Shown: positions 19,841 through 28,491, numbered from the stretch's first letter. The stretch: 64,000 nucleotides of DNA from Clostridia bacterium (GCA_017467585.1 JAFUSR010000004.1:141918-205917); one strand, 5' to 3'. Numbers and translations are program-made. The notes: a model not told the origin generated them from the letters alone.

Positions 19841-20677
19841 TTAGTTGTCTATAAACAAAATGCCGAGGGTGTGTTCACCACAATGACTTGTGATGGTTGC
19901 GCCGGCGTGAGTTTCATAAATGTTTTCAAACCCTTTTTCGTTTAAAGCTTTTCTTGCTGTTTCAATCATTTCTGGTGTGGCACTGGTGTAGGTGATAAAA
20001 CCAACAGACAAGTCTGGGTTGCTGTGTTCCTCGAGTGTGTCTTTGCAATAAGCTTCAATAACCTTGTGCATGTGTCCACGATATTTTTTTGCAGGTTTCA
20101 TAGCACCATCTTTTAAGATGATTTGTGGGCGAAGTTTTAAAAGGTTTGCGCCAAATAGCGCGAGGGCAGAACATCTGCCACCCTTGTAGAGATAGTCGAG
20201 TCGTTCAATAACAAAGCTTGCTTGAACTTTTGGGGTTAGTGCAGTTAACTCTTCGTAAATTTGTTTTGCGTCTGCTCCAGCTTCTGCAAGTTTTCTTGCC
20301 TTGATTGCTTCGAGGGCAATTCCGGTTGAAAGGGAAAGCGAGTCGACAACATAAACGTTTTCAAAATGTTTGGCGGCCTCTATTGCATGGGAGCATGCGC
20401 TTGAAATTTTGCTAGAAAGGGCAAAGTGAACAAGTGCATCGTGATCCTTTAATTGTTCTGTGAAAAATTCTGAGTATTGATGTTCATTGATGGCAGAAGT
20501 TTTTGGCAGGATTTTTGTTTTTGAAACATATTCAAATATGTCTGCCGATGTTATTTCACCATCTTTATATTCGTTCTCTCCAAGCAGAACTTGAAAAGGT
20601 ATTGTTGTTATGTCATATTTTTGCAGAAGTTCTTGAGGCAAATCTATTGTGCTTTCTGCTGTTATTGCAATTTTCAT
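19841..20677 (-). CDS. DegV family fatty-acid-binding protein (paralog)
   Basis: MKIAITAESTIDL N-terminus and DegV architecture. Confidence 0.85.
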   Translation of the reverse strand: MKIAITAESTIDLPQELLQKYDITTIPFQVLLGENEYKDGEITSADIFEYVSKTKILPKTSAINEHQYSEFFTEQLKDHDALVHFALSSKISSACSHAIEAAKHFENVYVVDSLSLSTGIALEAIKARKLAEAGADAKQIYEELTALTPKVQASFVIERLDYLYKGGRCSALALFGANLLKLRPQIILKDGAMKPAKKYRGHMHKVIEAYCKDTLEEHSNPDLSVGFITYTSATPEMIETARKALNEKGFENIYETHAGATITSHCGEHTLGILFIDN

Positions 20678-20813
20678 TTTTTGCTCCTTTATGGTGATTA
20701 ATATAAATTATATTAACACTTATTGCTCGTTAATTTCAAACACTTTTGGGCTGTTTGACAAAATAAGTTTCTTAAATGTTGAAATTATTAACAAAAATAT
20801 CGTATGTGCGATA

Positions 20814-20841
20814 TTGACTTAATTTGTTTTTATGCTAAAAT
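20814..20841 (+). promoter_or_regulatory. promoter of the tandem-HEPN gene
   Basis: TTGACT-16 nt-TAAAAT with an upstream TGc extended -10. GAGGGGAAGAG SD follows. Confidence 0.6.
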
Positions 20842-20861
20842 ATTATTGATGAGGGGAAGAG

Positions 20862-22655
20862 ATGAGAACTGAAATTGAGAAAAAAATTGCAATTGCAAAA
20901 AGACAAAATAAAATTTTAACAAGAATTTTTGACTGCATAAGCCAAGACAAGTTTAACACAGAATTGCCTCTCGATGACATTGGCATTGGTGCACTTAAAG
21001 ATTTTTGGGTGTATACATCGGGTGTTCTTGGTGTTCAAAATTTTGAAAACGCAAGTGACGAGCTTTCGGTGAAAGAAGTTCGTCAGATTTTGAATGGTCA
21101 ATTCTTTTTAAAAAGACTCACTTCAGAAGAAGCCAAATTAATGAGAAAAGAATTTAAAATTCCAAACTCTGAAGGTGGCAGAAGAAAAGTAGAACTATAT
21201 AATATTCAAGACGGCACATTTAGTTTGAAACATGTTGTGGACCCTTCAAACCGTCAGATTTCGATTTATTTATCTTTAGATTGTGATGGAATTGAATATG
21301 TGTTAGGAGATAAAGAAGTTTCAATTGATGGCACCGACGAAGAAGTTTTGATGCTTTATAAAACAATCAGAAACATTATTGTTCATTCAACCCCATATTT
21401 AAGTCAAGACAAAACAAAAGTCATTTTTGTTGGTCAAAAATATGTTAAAGAAGAGGATAGATATGTTCCCGAGTTTTTAACCATTTCAAAAATGTGGCTG
21501 AGGGGCTTTTCTGAACTTTTTGCCGACACCCACACAAAAATTTCTGCAGAACAAATTGAAAAACTGTTAACAACTTATTATTTTTCTGCAGATGCAATTG
21601 TAGATGAAAGAGGGTTGGAAAGAGCCTTGTTTTCTATTAAAGATCATTTGCCACCATCTATTTGTGATAACATTTCTCGTGAGATGGTTTATCTTGTTAA
21701 AGACAACATTGTTTGTTATGATAAGTTCTATCAAAAAGATTCAGTTAGCCAAACCAAAATCATATCTAATTTGCTTGCAAATCACATTGCGCTAAACTTA
21801 AAATATCCAAAAACAATTAACCTTCCAATAATCTATAAAATTCAGCAACTTGTTGCAAAAAAGTTAAATGAACGTGGACAGAGAGAAGACATTGACATTT
21901 TTGATAATGAGAAGACTTATGGAGAAGAAAAGTTAACCGCTAGGCAAGTTATTGAAATGGCAAAGTCATTAATAGCACAACGTGAACATGTTCTGACATA
22001 TGGTGGACTTGACCGCATTCGCAGAGCAAGAATTTTATCAGAAATCGGCAGGCTTAAAGAAGACATTAAGAATGTAGAAATCAATGAACAAAAAATCAAA
22101 GACATGCTCAAAAGCGAAACATTGCACATGAATTTGTTTAAGCCAGAAGGGCTTGAAAACTTGCCTGTTGAAGTTGGTTTTAATGTTGTTTGTCTTGCCG
22201 CTTATAATGCGCTTGTTACAAGTGGCTTTTATGAGGACATTTTGCATAACCTAGACTTTAACAGCATGTCTAAAGAATATGGCGATATTTTCAGACGAAT
22301 TCATCTCAATGGTTTGACATATGCAAACAGGCCATATACAAACGTTAGAAGGGCGGGAATTAATGTTGGAAACACAGCATATCTGCTTGAATGCATGAGA
22401 AATGCACTTGTTCATGGCACGGTTAGTTATAAGGTTCCAGCAGAACTTTATGGTGCAAATCCTACCTTTAAAGATGCCGTTATTACTTTTAAATCTAATT
22501 CAGCGCACGTTGTTATTAACGGAAATATGGAAGACATGTTTAAGTTGTTTACATCTGGTGGTTTTTTCGCAAGTAGAAGAGAGATAGACCCAGAAATTGT
22601 TGAAGAAATCCATCACCAAAAATATTCTGACGAAGGACAACCAGGAGATGAATAA
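20862..22655 (+). CDS. uncharacterised 597-aa protein with two R-N-x-x-x-H (HEPN-type) motifs
   Basis: TIRNIIVHS (R170-H175, nt 21369-21386) and CMRNALVHG (R513-H518, nt 22398-22415). Has its own promoter and terminator. Confidence 0.85.
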   Translation: MRTEIEKKIAIAKRQNKILTRIFDCISQDKFNTELPLDDIGIGALKDFWVYTSGVLGVQNFENASDELSVKEVRQILNGQFFLKRLTSEEAKLMRKEFKIPNSEGGRRKVELYNIQDGTFSLKHVVDPSNRQISIYLSLDCDGIEYVLGDKEVSIDGTDEEVLMLYKTIRNIIVHSTPYLSQDKTKVIFVGQKYVKEEDRYVPEFLTISKMWLRGFSELFADTHTKISAEQIEKLLTTYYFSADAIVDERGLERALFSIKDHLPPSICDNISREMVYLVKDNIVCYDKFYQKDSVSQTKIISNLLANHIALNLKYPKTINLPIIYKIQQLVAKKLNERGQREDIDIFDNEKTYGEEKLTARQVIEMAKSLIAQREHVLTYGGLDRIRRARILSEIGRLKEDIKNVEINEQKIKDMLKSETLHMNLFKPEGLENLPVEVGFNVVCLAAYNALVTSGFYEDILHNLDFNSMSKEYGDIFRRIHLNGLTYANRPYTNVRRAGINVGNTAYLLECMRNALVHGTVSYKVPAELYGANPTFKDAVITFKSNSAHVVINGNMEDMFKLFTSGGFFASRREIDPEIVEEIHHQKYSDEGQPGDE

Positions 22656-22685
22656 AAAAAACAGCCAAATGGCTGTTTTTTTGTT
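22654..22685. terminator. bidirectional terminator shared by the HEPN gene and the tRNA transcript
   Basis: ACAGCC-AAAT-GGCTGT with an A-run and a T-run. Confidence 0.75.
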
Positions 22686-22761
22686 TGGAGCTAATGACGG
22701 GACTTGAACCCGTGACCTCCGCTTGTGCCGTGGCGGTGCACATTGGACTGTGCTGCTTGGC
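22686..22761 (-). pseudogene. degenerate tRNA-Thr-derived tRNA-like element
   Basis: The 3' 37 nt are identical to tRNA-Thr (T arm, 3' acceptor strand, CCA). D stem and 5' anticodon stem are conserved. The acceptor pairs only 4/7, the D-loop GG is lost, and the anticodon loop is enlarged (ACGGCACA). Confidence 0.6.
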
Positions 22762-22767
22762 GCGTTC

Positions 22768-22843
22768 TGGAGCTAATGACGGGACTTGAACCCGTGACCT
22801 CCGCCTTACCAAGGCGGTGCACTACCGACTGTGCTACATTAGC
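22768..22843 (-). tRNA. tRNA-Thr (anticodon GGU), CCA encoded
   Basis: Manual cloverleaf: GCTAATG/CATTAGC acceptor, GCAC/GTGC D stem, CCGCC-TTGGTAA-GGCGG anticodon arm, ACGGG-TTCAAGT-CCCGT T arm. 76 nt. Confidence 0.93.
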
Positions 22844-22904
22844 AAACTAATTATTCGCAAATAGAATGCGAGTGTCGTTGCGTATTTTACGCGACTACCT
22901 GTAA

Positions 22905-22934
22905 AGTATATATTTATTGTGCTGTTTTTGTCAA
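22905..22934 (-). promoter_or_regulatory. candidate promoter for the tRNA-Thr transcript
   Basis: On the minus strand: TTGACA-18 nt-TATACT, about 60 nt upstream of the tRNA. Confidence 0.5.
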
Positions 22935-23001
22935 GATATTTTTTGTTATAAGTTTTTTATTAGCTATTGAAAAATATAATTTTGTGTTATATAATTAAAT
23001 T

Positions 23002-23454
23002 ATGACAAAACTAGAAAGAACAAAATATAAAGTTTGCACCAAATATGGTGAGTTTGAAATCTATAAAGAAGAAGAGCCCGTAAGCAATATGGAAAGTAGG
23101 GGCTATTTATATATCTTAAAAAATGAAAGAGAAGTCTCAGCTCTTACTTATGCAATTTCTCAACTTACAAATCTCGCCACATTAGAAAGTATTGCCACAA
23201 TTGATGATTGTGAAGGCAATGGATATGGCAGCGCATTGCTTTATGCATTAACATTGGAGTGCAAGAAGAAGAATGTTACAAGCATTTTCGGTAGTTTTAG
23301 CCCTAGCAGAGATGTTGAGAAGACAAGACGATTTTACCAGAACAATGGTTATGAGGTTTATGATGATGATAAAAACAGACATAGACTCAGAGCATATGTG
23401 CCAAAACTATACATGGTTCAATCACAAATGCCATCTCAAATTGGAGCAGAATAA
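23002..23454 (+). CDS. GNAT-family N-acetyltransferase (small)
   Basis: GNGYGSALLYAL acetyl-CoA-binding-type motif and ..FYQNNGY.. C-terminal motif. Confidence 0.6.
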   Translation: MTKLERTKYKVCTKYGEFEIYKEEEPVSNMESRGYLYILKNEREVSALTYAISQLTNLATLESIATIDDCEGNGYGSALLYALTLECKKKNVTSIFGSFSPSRDVEKTRRFYQNNGYEVYDDDKNRHRLRAYVPKLYMVQSQMPSQIGAE

Positions 23455-23455
23455 T

Positions 23456-23490
23456 AAAAACCACATTATTTTCAATGTGGTTTTTTGTTT
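23456..23490 (+). terminator. intrinsic terminator
   Basis: AAAACCACATT-ATTTTC-AATGTGGTTTT. Confidence 0.75.
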
Positions 23491-23552
23491 TCAATCGTTT
23501 TTATATTGTTTTATATGTTTGATATAACAATAGTATTATTTAACTTTGCAGC

Positions 23553-23580
23553 AAAAAACCACCCGAGTGGGGTGGTTGAT
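23553..23580 (-). terminator. intrinsic terminator
   Basis: AACCACCC / GGGTGGTT stem. T-run on the minus strand. Confidence 0.7.
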
Positions 23581-23587
23581 TGTTTGG

Positions 23588-24241
23588 TTAGTCGCCAGGT
23601 TGTTGAGAGTTTTTATATCTAGTTGCTTCAGCCATGATATATGAAATTGTACCATACAAGATGTCGTCTTCTTTTGCTTCGCCTGAGGTAATAATTCCAT
23701 CTCGAAATGTTTCCCACCATTCGTTTTGTTTCAATAATCTACGTGGCGCAAAAAGTTGCCAAATTATGCTATTAGTATATTGGAATGGTACTTCGCTTGC
23801 CACTTCGTTGGCAATTGAGATATATTCAATGCCATCTTTTAAATGTTTGCTCATTACACTAATTAGACCGTCATAAACTTTTTTAGCCTGATCTGAGTAA
23901 GCATATTCTATTAAAGCCAATTTTATTAATTCTTTATTTAAGTGTTTTTTGTCATAATCGAAAGGCTGATCGCTCATACCAGCGCTGCACCAATTACGTT
24001 CCCAAGATGATATAAACATCAAATCTTGAATTACTGCTTTTGAAACGACTTCTTTATTTGTTTTTTTGTCGACACAACTTATGGTTTTGGTATCTTTATC
24101 TTTCATAATAGGATAAGTCTGTTTTGTTTTTTTGTCAAGAATGCGCATTTCACCAGTTTCGTGATTTATTTGCAATGCATATTTTTCTTTAAGCTCTCTT
24201 AATTGGTCTAATTTATGTTTTGCCATTTGTTTTTCCCCCAT
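23588..24241 (-). CDS. hypothetical protein (217 aa)
   Basis: Uninterrupted ORF bracketed by terminators. The alternative start at 24226 (MAKHK..) has a GGGGGA SD. Confidence 0.6.
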   Translation of the reverse strand: MGEKQMAKHKLDQLRELKEKYALQINHETGEMRILDKKTKQTYPIMKDKDTKTISCVDKKTNKEVVSKAVIQDLMFISSWERNWCSAGMSDQPFDYDKKHLNKELIKLALIEYAYSDQAKKVYDGLISVMSKHLKDGIEYISIANEVASEVPFQYTNSIIWQLFAPRRLLKQNEWWETFRDGIITSGEAKEDDILYGTISYIMAEATRYKNSQQPGD

Positions 24242-24293
24242 ATGTTTTATAATACAATAATATCATATAAATTTGTTATTGTAAAGATTTTTT

Positions 24294-24322
24294 AAAAAAT
24301 CACCCGGTGGGGTGGTTTTTGT
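24294..24322 (-). terminator. intrinsic terminator
   Basis: CACCC-GGTG-GGGTG stem with flanking A- and T-runs. Confidence 0.6.
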
Positions 24323-24329
24323 GTTAAAT

Positions 24330-25067
24330 TTAATTCCAAGCGTTCATGTTTGGAGCAGGGGTTCTACCCTTTGCGGTGAGAACTTCGTTCATTGACACAC
24401 CAACTTTGTATAGTGTTACTTGAAAGTCGATATTGCTGTCATCTTTTACTTCTTCTGTTTTGTCACTTGTGTAATACTCTAACAAGCAAATGTGACTATC
24501 TTTTGCGAAATAGAAGAGTTGGTGGTTATAGGTTGTTCCGTGTTCATAAACATAGTCCCAAACAATGCATTCAACATTATCTTCGCCAACAGTGATTGTT
24601 TCGTTGTCGAGTTGAGTTACTGTGACAGCAGGATTGTCAGTGATGTTGTTTACGTCAGAAATTCCACGGCTTGTCCAGCGGTAAGCTCCTGGGCCATAAC
24701 GATGATTTACAAATTCATACATAGATTCACTATTGAAATTGTTTTCTTGATAGTCATCAGCAATAATCCAATTTGTGCCATTCCAAGCGGCTGTAATATA
24801 ACCTTGTCCACCATAGCCTGGTTGAGGGAACACCTCATTTCTTAAGTTTTGTTTTGCAAAGATATCGCTACCATGGTGACAACCTTGTGCAAATTCATAT
24901 TGGCCATCTTTTGCATAAACTTTGCCTTCTGCCTCAATCCAGAATTGACTTAGATTTACATATTGGATTCTGTAAGAAATTGGGTCGCTCTTTTTCCCGC
25001 AGGCGGCAAAAGCCAACGATGTGAAGGCGAGCATAAAGCATGCAAGAATTGTTAAAAGTTTTTTCAT
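24330..25067 (-). CDS. lipoprotein, unknown function
   Basis: Signal peptide with lipobox (LAFAAC). Confidence 0.7.
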   Translation of the reverse strand: MKKLLTILACFMLAFTSLAFAACGKKSDPISYRIQYVNLSQFWIEAEGKVYAKDGQYEFAQGCHHGSDIFAKQNLRNEVFPQPGYGGQGYITAAWNGTNWIIADDYQENNFNSESMYEFVNHRYGPGAYRWTSRGISDVNNITDNPAVTVTQLDNETITVGEDNVECIVWDYVYEHGTTYNHQLFYFAKDSHICLLEYYTSDKTEEVKDDSNIDFQVTLYKVGVSMNEVLTAKGRTPAPNMNAWN

Positions 25068-25211
25068 GAATATTTCCCCTTAAAATATATTTTGCACGAT
25101 TTATTCAGTATTCTGATTTTATTATTAGCATATAAGAAACTAATATTGCAACAAAATATAGGCAACAATAAGAAAAACACCGCGAAGTTGCGGTGTTTTT
25201 GTGCTAAATTT

Positions 25212-27857
25212 TTATTTTCTTGGGTTTTTGATGTTTGCTTGAGCAGCGGCAAGACGCGCAATTGGAACACGATATGGTGAGCAAGAAACATAGTCAAGTC
25301 CAATTTCGTGACAGAACTCAATTGATGATGGGTCGCCACCGTGCTCTCCACAAATTCCGCAGTGGATGTTTTTGCGTGTTTTGTGGCCAAGTTCTACTGC
25401 CATTTTCATGAGTGCTCCAACACCCTTTGTGTCTAGGCGAGCAAATGGGTCGCTCTCATAAATTTTTGCTGCATAATAGCTTGGCAAGAATTTTCCAGCG
25501 TCGTCACGAGAGAATCCAAATGTCATTTGAGTGAGGTCGTTTGTTCCAAAGCAGAAGAATTCAGCTTCTTTTGCAATTTCGTCAGCGGTGAGTGCTGCAC
25601 GAGGAATTTCAATCATTGTTCCCACATGATATTTAAGGTTAGATTTTGCTGCTTTTATTACTGCATCTGCTGTTTCAACAACTGTCTTTTTGCAATATTC
25701 AAGTTCTTTTTGTTCGCCAACAAGAGGAATCATGATTTCTGGTTCTACGTGCCATTTTGGGTGGCGTTTTGCAACGGCAATTGCTGCTTTAATAACAGCC
25801 TTTGTTTGCATTACTGCAATTTCTGGATATGTTACTGCGAGTCTGCAACCACGATGACCCATCATTGGGTTAAATTCGTGTAAACTGTCGCAGAACAACT
25901 TGATTTCTTGAACAGTTTTGTGTTGAGCCTTTGCAAGAAGTTCAATATCTTTTTCTTCGGTAGGAACAAACTCGTGGAGTGGTGGGTCGAGATAACGAAT
26001 TGTAACTGGTTTGCCTTCGAGCGCTTCCATTAGTCCTTCGAAGTCTTCTTGTTGAATTGGCTCAAGTGCGGCGAGAGCTTTTTCGCGCTCTTCACGGGTG
26101 TCTGCACAAATCATTTCACGGAATTTTTCAATTCTGCCAGGGCCAAAGAACATGTGTTCTGTTCTGGTTAAGCCAATTCCTTCAGCACCAAGTTCAGCAG
26201 CTCTCTTTGCATCAGCAGGAGTGTCTGCGTTTGTGCGAACGCCAAGTGCACGATATTTGTCGGCAAGGCGCATAATTCTGCCAAAGTAACCACTGTTAGG
26301 GTCGGCAGGAACAGTTTTGATTGCAACGTTATAAATTTTTCCGGTTGTTCCATCAAGAGAAATTTCGTCGCCCTCGTGGAAGATTTTTCCGCCAAGTTCG
26401 AACCATTTTTCTTCTTCGTGCATCTTAATGTCTCCGCAACCAGAAACGCAGCAAGTTCCCATGCCACGAGCAACAACGGCAGCGTGAGATGTTTGTCCTC
26501 CACGAACGGTTAAGATACCTTGAGAGAATTTCATTCCTTCGATATCTTCTGGAGATGTTTCAAGACGAACAAGAACGACTTTCTTCTTTTGTTTTCCAAG
26601 TCTTACGGCGTCTTCTGGGGTAAACACAACAGTTCCGGCAGCTGCTCCTGGAGAAGCTGCAATGCCTTTTCCTACAACGTTGTTTTTGTCGGCAGCTTTA
26701 AGGGCGTCAACATCGAATGTAGGGTGGAGAAGCATGTCGAGAGATTTTGCATCAATTTGCATGAGAGCTTCTTGTTCGGTTATCATGCCTTCATCAATAA
26801 GGTCGCAAGCAATTCTGATTGCTGCTGCGGCAGTTCTCTTTCCGTTTCTTGTTTGAAGCATATAGAGTTTGCCTTTTTCGATTGTGAATTCCATGTCTTG
26901 CATGTCACGATAGTGATGCTCAAGAGTTTTGCAAACGTTTAAGAATTGGTTGTAAACGTCTGGAAGAACTTCTTTCATTTTAGATATTGGCATTGGGGTT
27001 CTAACGCCGGCAACAACGTCTTCTCCTTGAGCGTTCATCAAAAATTCGCCCATGAGTCCTGGTTCGCCAGTTGCAGGATTTCTTGTGAATGCAACACCAG
27101 TTCCGCAGTCATTTCCCATGTTGCCAAATGCCATCATTTGAACGTTAACGGCTGTTCCCCAAGAATAAGGAATGTCGTGGTCCATACGATATACGTTAGC
27201 ACGTGGGTTATCCCAAGAACGGAACACAGCTTTGATTGCTTCAAAAAGTTGTTCTTTTGGATCTGATGGGAAGTCTTTTCCAAGAGCCTTTTTATATTTT
27301 GCCTTAAACTGATTTGCAAGTTCTTTAAGGTCGTCAGCGGTGAGTTCAACGTCGAATTTAACACCTTTTTTCTCTTTCATTTGGTCAATTAAAACTTCAA
27401 AGTCTTTCTTTGAAACTTCCATAACAACGTCTGAGAACATTTGAATGAATCTTCTGTAGCAGTCCCAAGCCCAACGAGGGTTACCTGACTCACGAGAGAG
27501 AACTTCAACAACTTCTTCGTTAAGTCCAAGGTTAAGAATTGTGTCCATCATGCCAGGCATTGATGCACGTGCACCAGAACGAACAGAAACGAGAAGTGGG
27601 TTTTTCTTGTCGCCAAACTTTTTGCCTGTTATCTTTTCTAGTGTTGTGATGTTTTTCATGATTTCGGCTTGAATTTCTTTGTTGATTTGGCGGCCGTCCT
27701 CATAATACTGTGTGCAGGCTTCGGTTGAAATTGTAAATCCTTGTGGAACAGGAAGACCAATGTTGGTCATCTCGGCGAGGTTTGCGCCCTTGCCTCCAAG
27801 GAGTTCACGCATGCTAGCTTTGCCTTCACTAAACTGGTAAACATATTTTTTTGCCAT
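25212..27857 (-). CDS. ppdK: pyruvate, phosphate dikinase
   Basis: GGQTSHAAVVARGMG phospho-His motif and C-terminal GICGEHGGDP. Start moved to ATG 27857 (MAKKYVYQF, AGGAGA SD). Confidence 0.95.
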   Translation of the reverse strand: MAKKYVYQFSEGKASMRELLGGKGANLAEMTNIGLPVPQGFTISTEACTQYYEDGRQINKEIQAEIMKNITTLEKITGKKFGDKKNPLLVSVRSGARASMPGMMDTILNLGLNEEVVEVLSRESGNPRWAWDCYRRFIQMFSDVVMEVSKKDFEVLIDQMKEKKGVKFDVELTADDLKELANQFKAKYKKALGKDFPSDPKEQLFEAIKAVFRSWDNPRANVYRMDHDIPYSWGTAVNVQMMAFGNMGNDCGTGVAFTRNPATGEPGLMGEFLMNAQGEDVVAGVRTPMPISKMKEVLPDVYNQFLNVCKTLEHHYRDMQDMEFTIEKGKLYMLQTRNGKRTAAAAIRIACDLIDEGMITEQEALMQIDAKSLDMLLHPTFDVDALKAADKNNVVGKGIAASPGAAAGTVVFTPEDAVRLGKQKKKVVLVRLETSPEDIEGMKFSQGILTVRGGQTSHAAVVARGMGTCCVSGCGDIKMHEEEKWFELGGKIFHEGDEISLDGTTGKIYNVAIKTVPADPNSGYFGRIMRLADKYRALGVRTNADTPADAKRAAELGAEGIGLTRTEHMFFGPGRIEKFREMICADTREEREKALAALEPIQQEDFEGLMEALEGKPVTIRYLDPPLHEFVPTEEKDIELLAKAQHKTVQEIKLFCDSLHEFNPMMGHRGCRLAVTYPEIAVMQTKAVIKAAIAVAKRHPKWHVEPEIMIPLVGEQKELEYCKKTVVETADAVIKAAKSNLKYHVGTMIEIPRAALTADEIAKEAEFFCFGTNDLTQMTFGFSRDDAGKFLPSYYAAKIYESDPFARLDTKGVGALMKMAVELGHKTRKNIHCGICGEHGGDPSSIEFCHEIGLDYVSCSPYRVPIARLAAAQANIKNPRK

Positions 27858-27908
27858 AAATTTTCTCCTATAAATTTGTTTTTGCAAACAGTGATATTAT
27901 ACACTGAC

Positions 27909-27945
27909 AAAAAAATATGGGCAAACATTTTTCCCATATTTTTTG
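27909..27945. terminator. bidirectional hairpin terminator
   Basis: AATATGGG / CCCATATT stem with an A-run and a T-run. Confidence 0.6.
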
Positions 27946-27984
27946 AGTTTATTTAATAAATTTTCAATTTATTTAATAAAAAGA

Positions 27985-28482
27985 CTAAAATTTTGTTACT
28001 TTTTTGTTCTCATAGACGCAAAATGTGAAGTTTAATCCATTTTCTTCAAACACTTGGCTTTGTGCAGCCAGCCTCCAGTTTGGCTTTTTGTCTAGATTGT
28101 TTATGTAGGTGTCGGCCGGTTTTTCTGCGTTAATTTTTGTGATATATGCCAGACGGCAATTATCCATAAGCAGGTTATAAACGCTTGCTCCGCCAATTAC
28201 AAAAACATTTTCTGTGTCATATTTTTTGAGCTCGGCAGAAAGTTCATCTAGCGAAGAGACACAGATTGCACCATCATATTTGTTGCCATCGGCAGAAAGA
28301 ACAATGTTTGTTCTGTTAGGAAGTGGTTTTTTAGGCAGAGACAAATAGGTTCGCTCGCCCATGACAACAACTTTTCCACTTGTCATTTTTTTGAAATAGG
28401 CAAGGTCACTTGGCAGGTTATAAATGAGGCCTCCCTTTTTTCCGATTGCCCAGTTGTTATCTACTGCTACAATAAAGTTCAT
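27985..28482 (-). CDS. folA: dihydrofolate reductase
   Basis: MNFIVAVDNNWAIGKKGGL..VVMGERTY.. typical DHFR motifs. Confidence 0.9.
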   Translation of the reverse strand: MNFIVAVDNNWAIGKKGGLIYNLPSDLAYFKKMTSGKVVVMGERTYLSLPKKPLPNRTNIVLSADGNKYDGAICVSSLDELSAELKKYDTENVFVIGGASVYNLLMDNCRLAYITKINAEKPADTYINNLDKKPNWRLAAQSQVFEENGLNFTFCVYENKKVTKF

Positions 28483-28491
28483 AAATTTCTC

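Noticed and set aside
22549-22812. 87-aa ORF on the minus strand (and likewise the 106-aa ORF at 62507..62827)
   Set aside because: Both run across tRNA genes, and their translations simply read the tRNA sequence. These are artefacts of six-frame ORF calling.
20678-23001. CRISPR array or cas genes next to the tandem-HEPN gene
   Set aside because: I read both flanking intergenic regions (20678-20861 and 22656-23001) and found no direct repeats of 25-40 nt with regular spacing. The only repeat is the 37-nt tRNA-derived duplication. No other intergenic gap in the window shows an array.
25064-25390. 108-aa ORF bridging the lipoprotein start and the ppdK 3' end
   Set aside because: It overlaps the ppdK coding sequence in another frame and crosses the intergenic region. 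It has no SD and no motifs.
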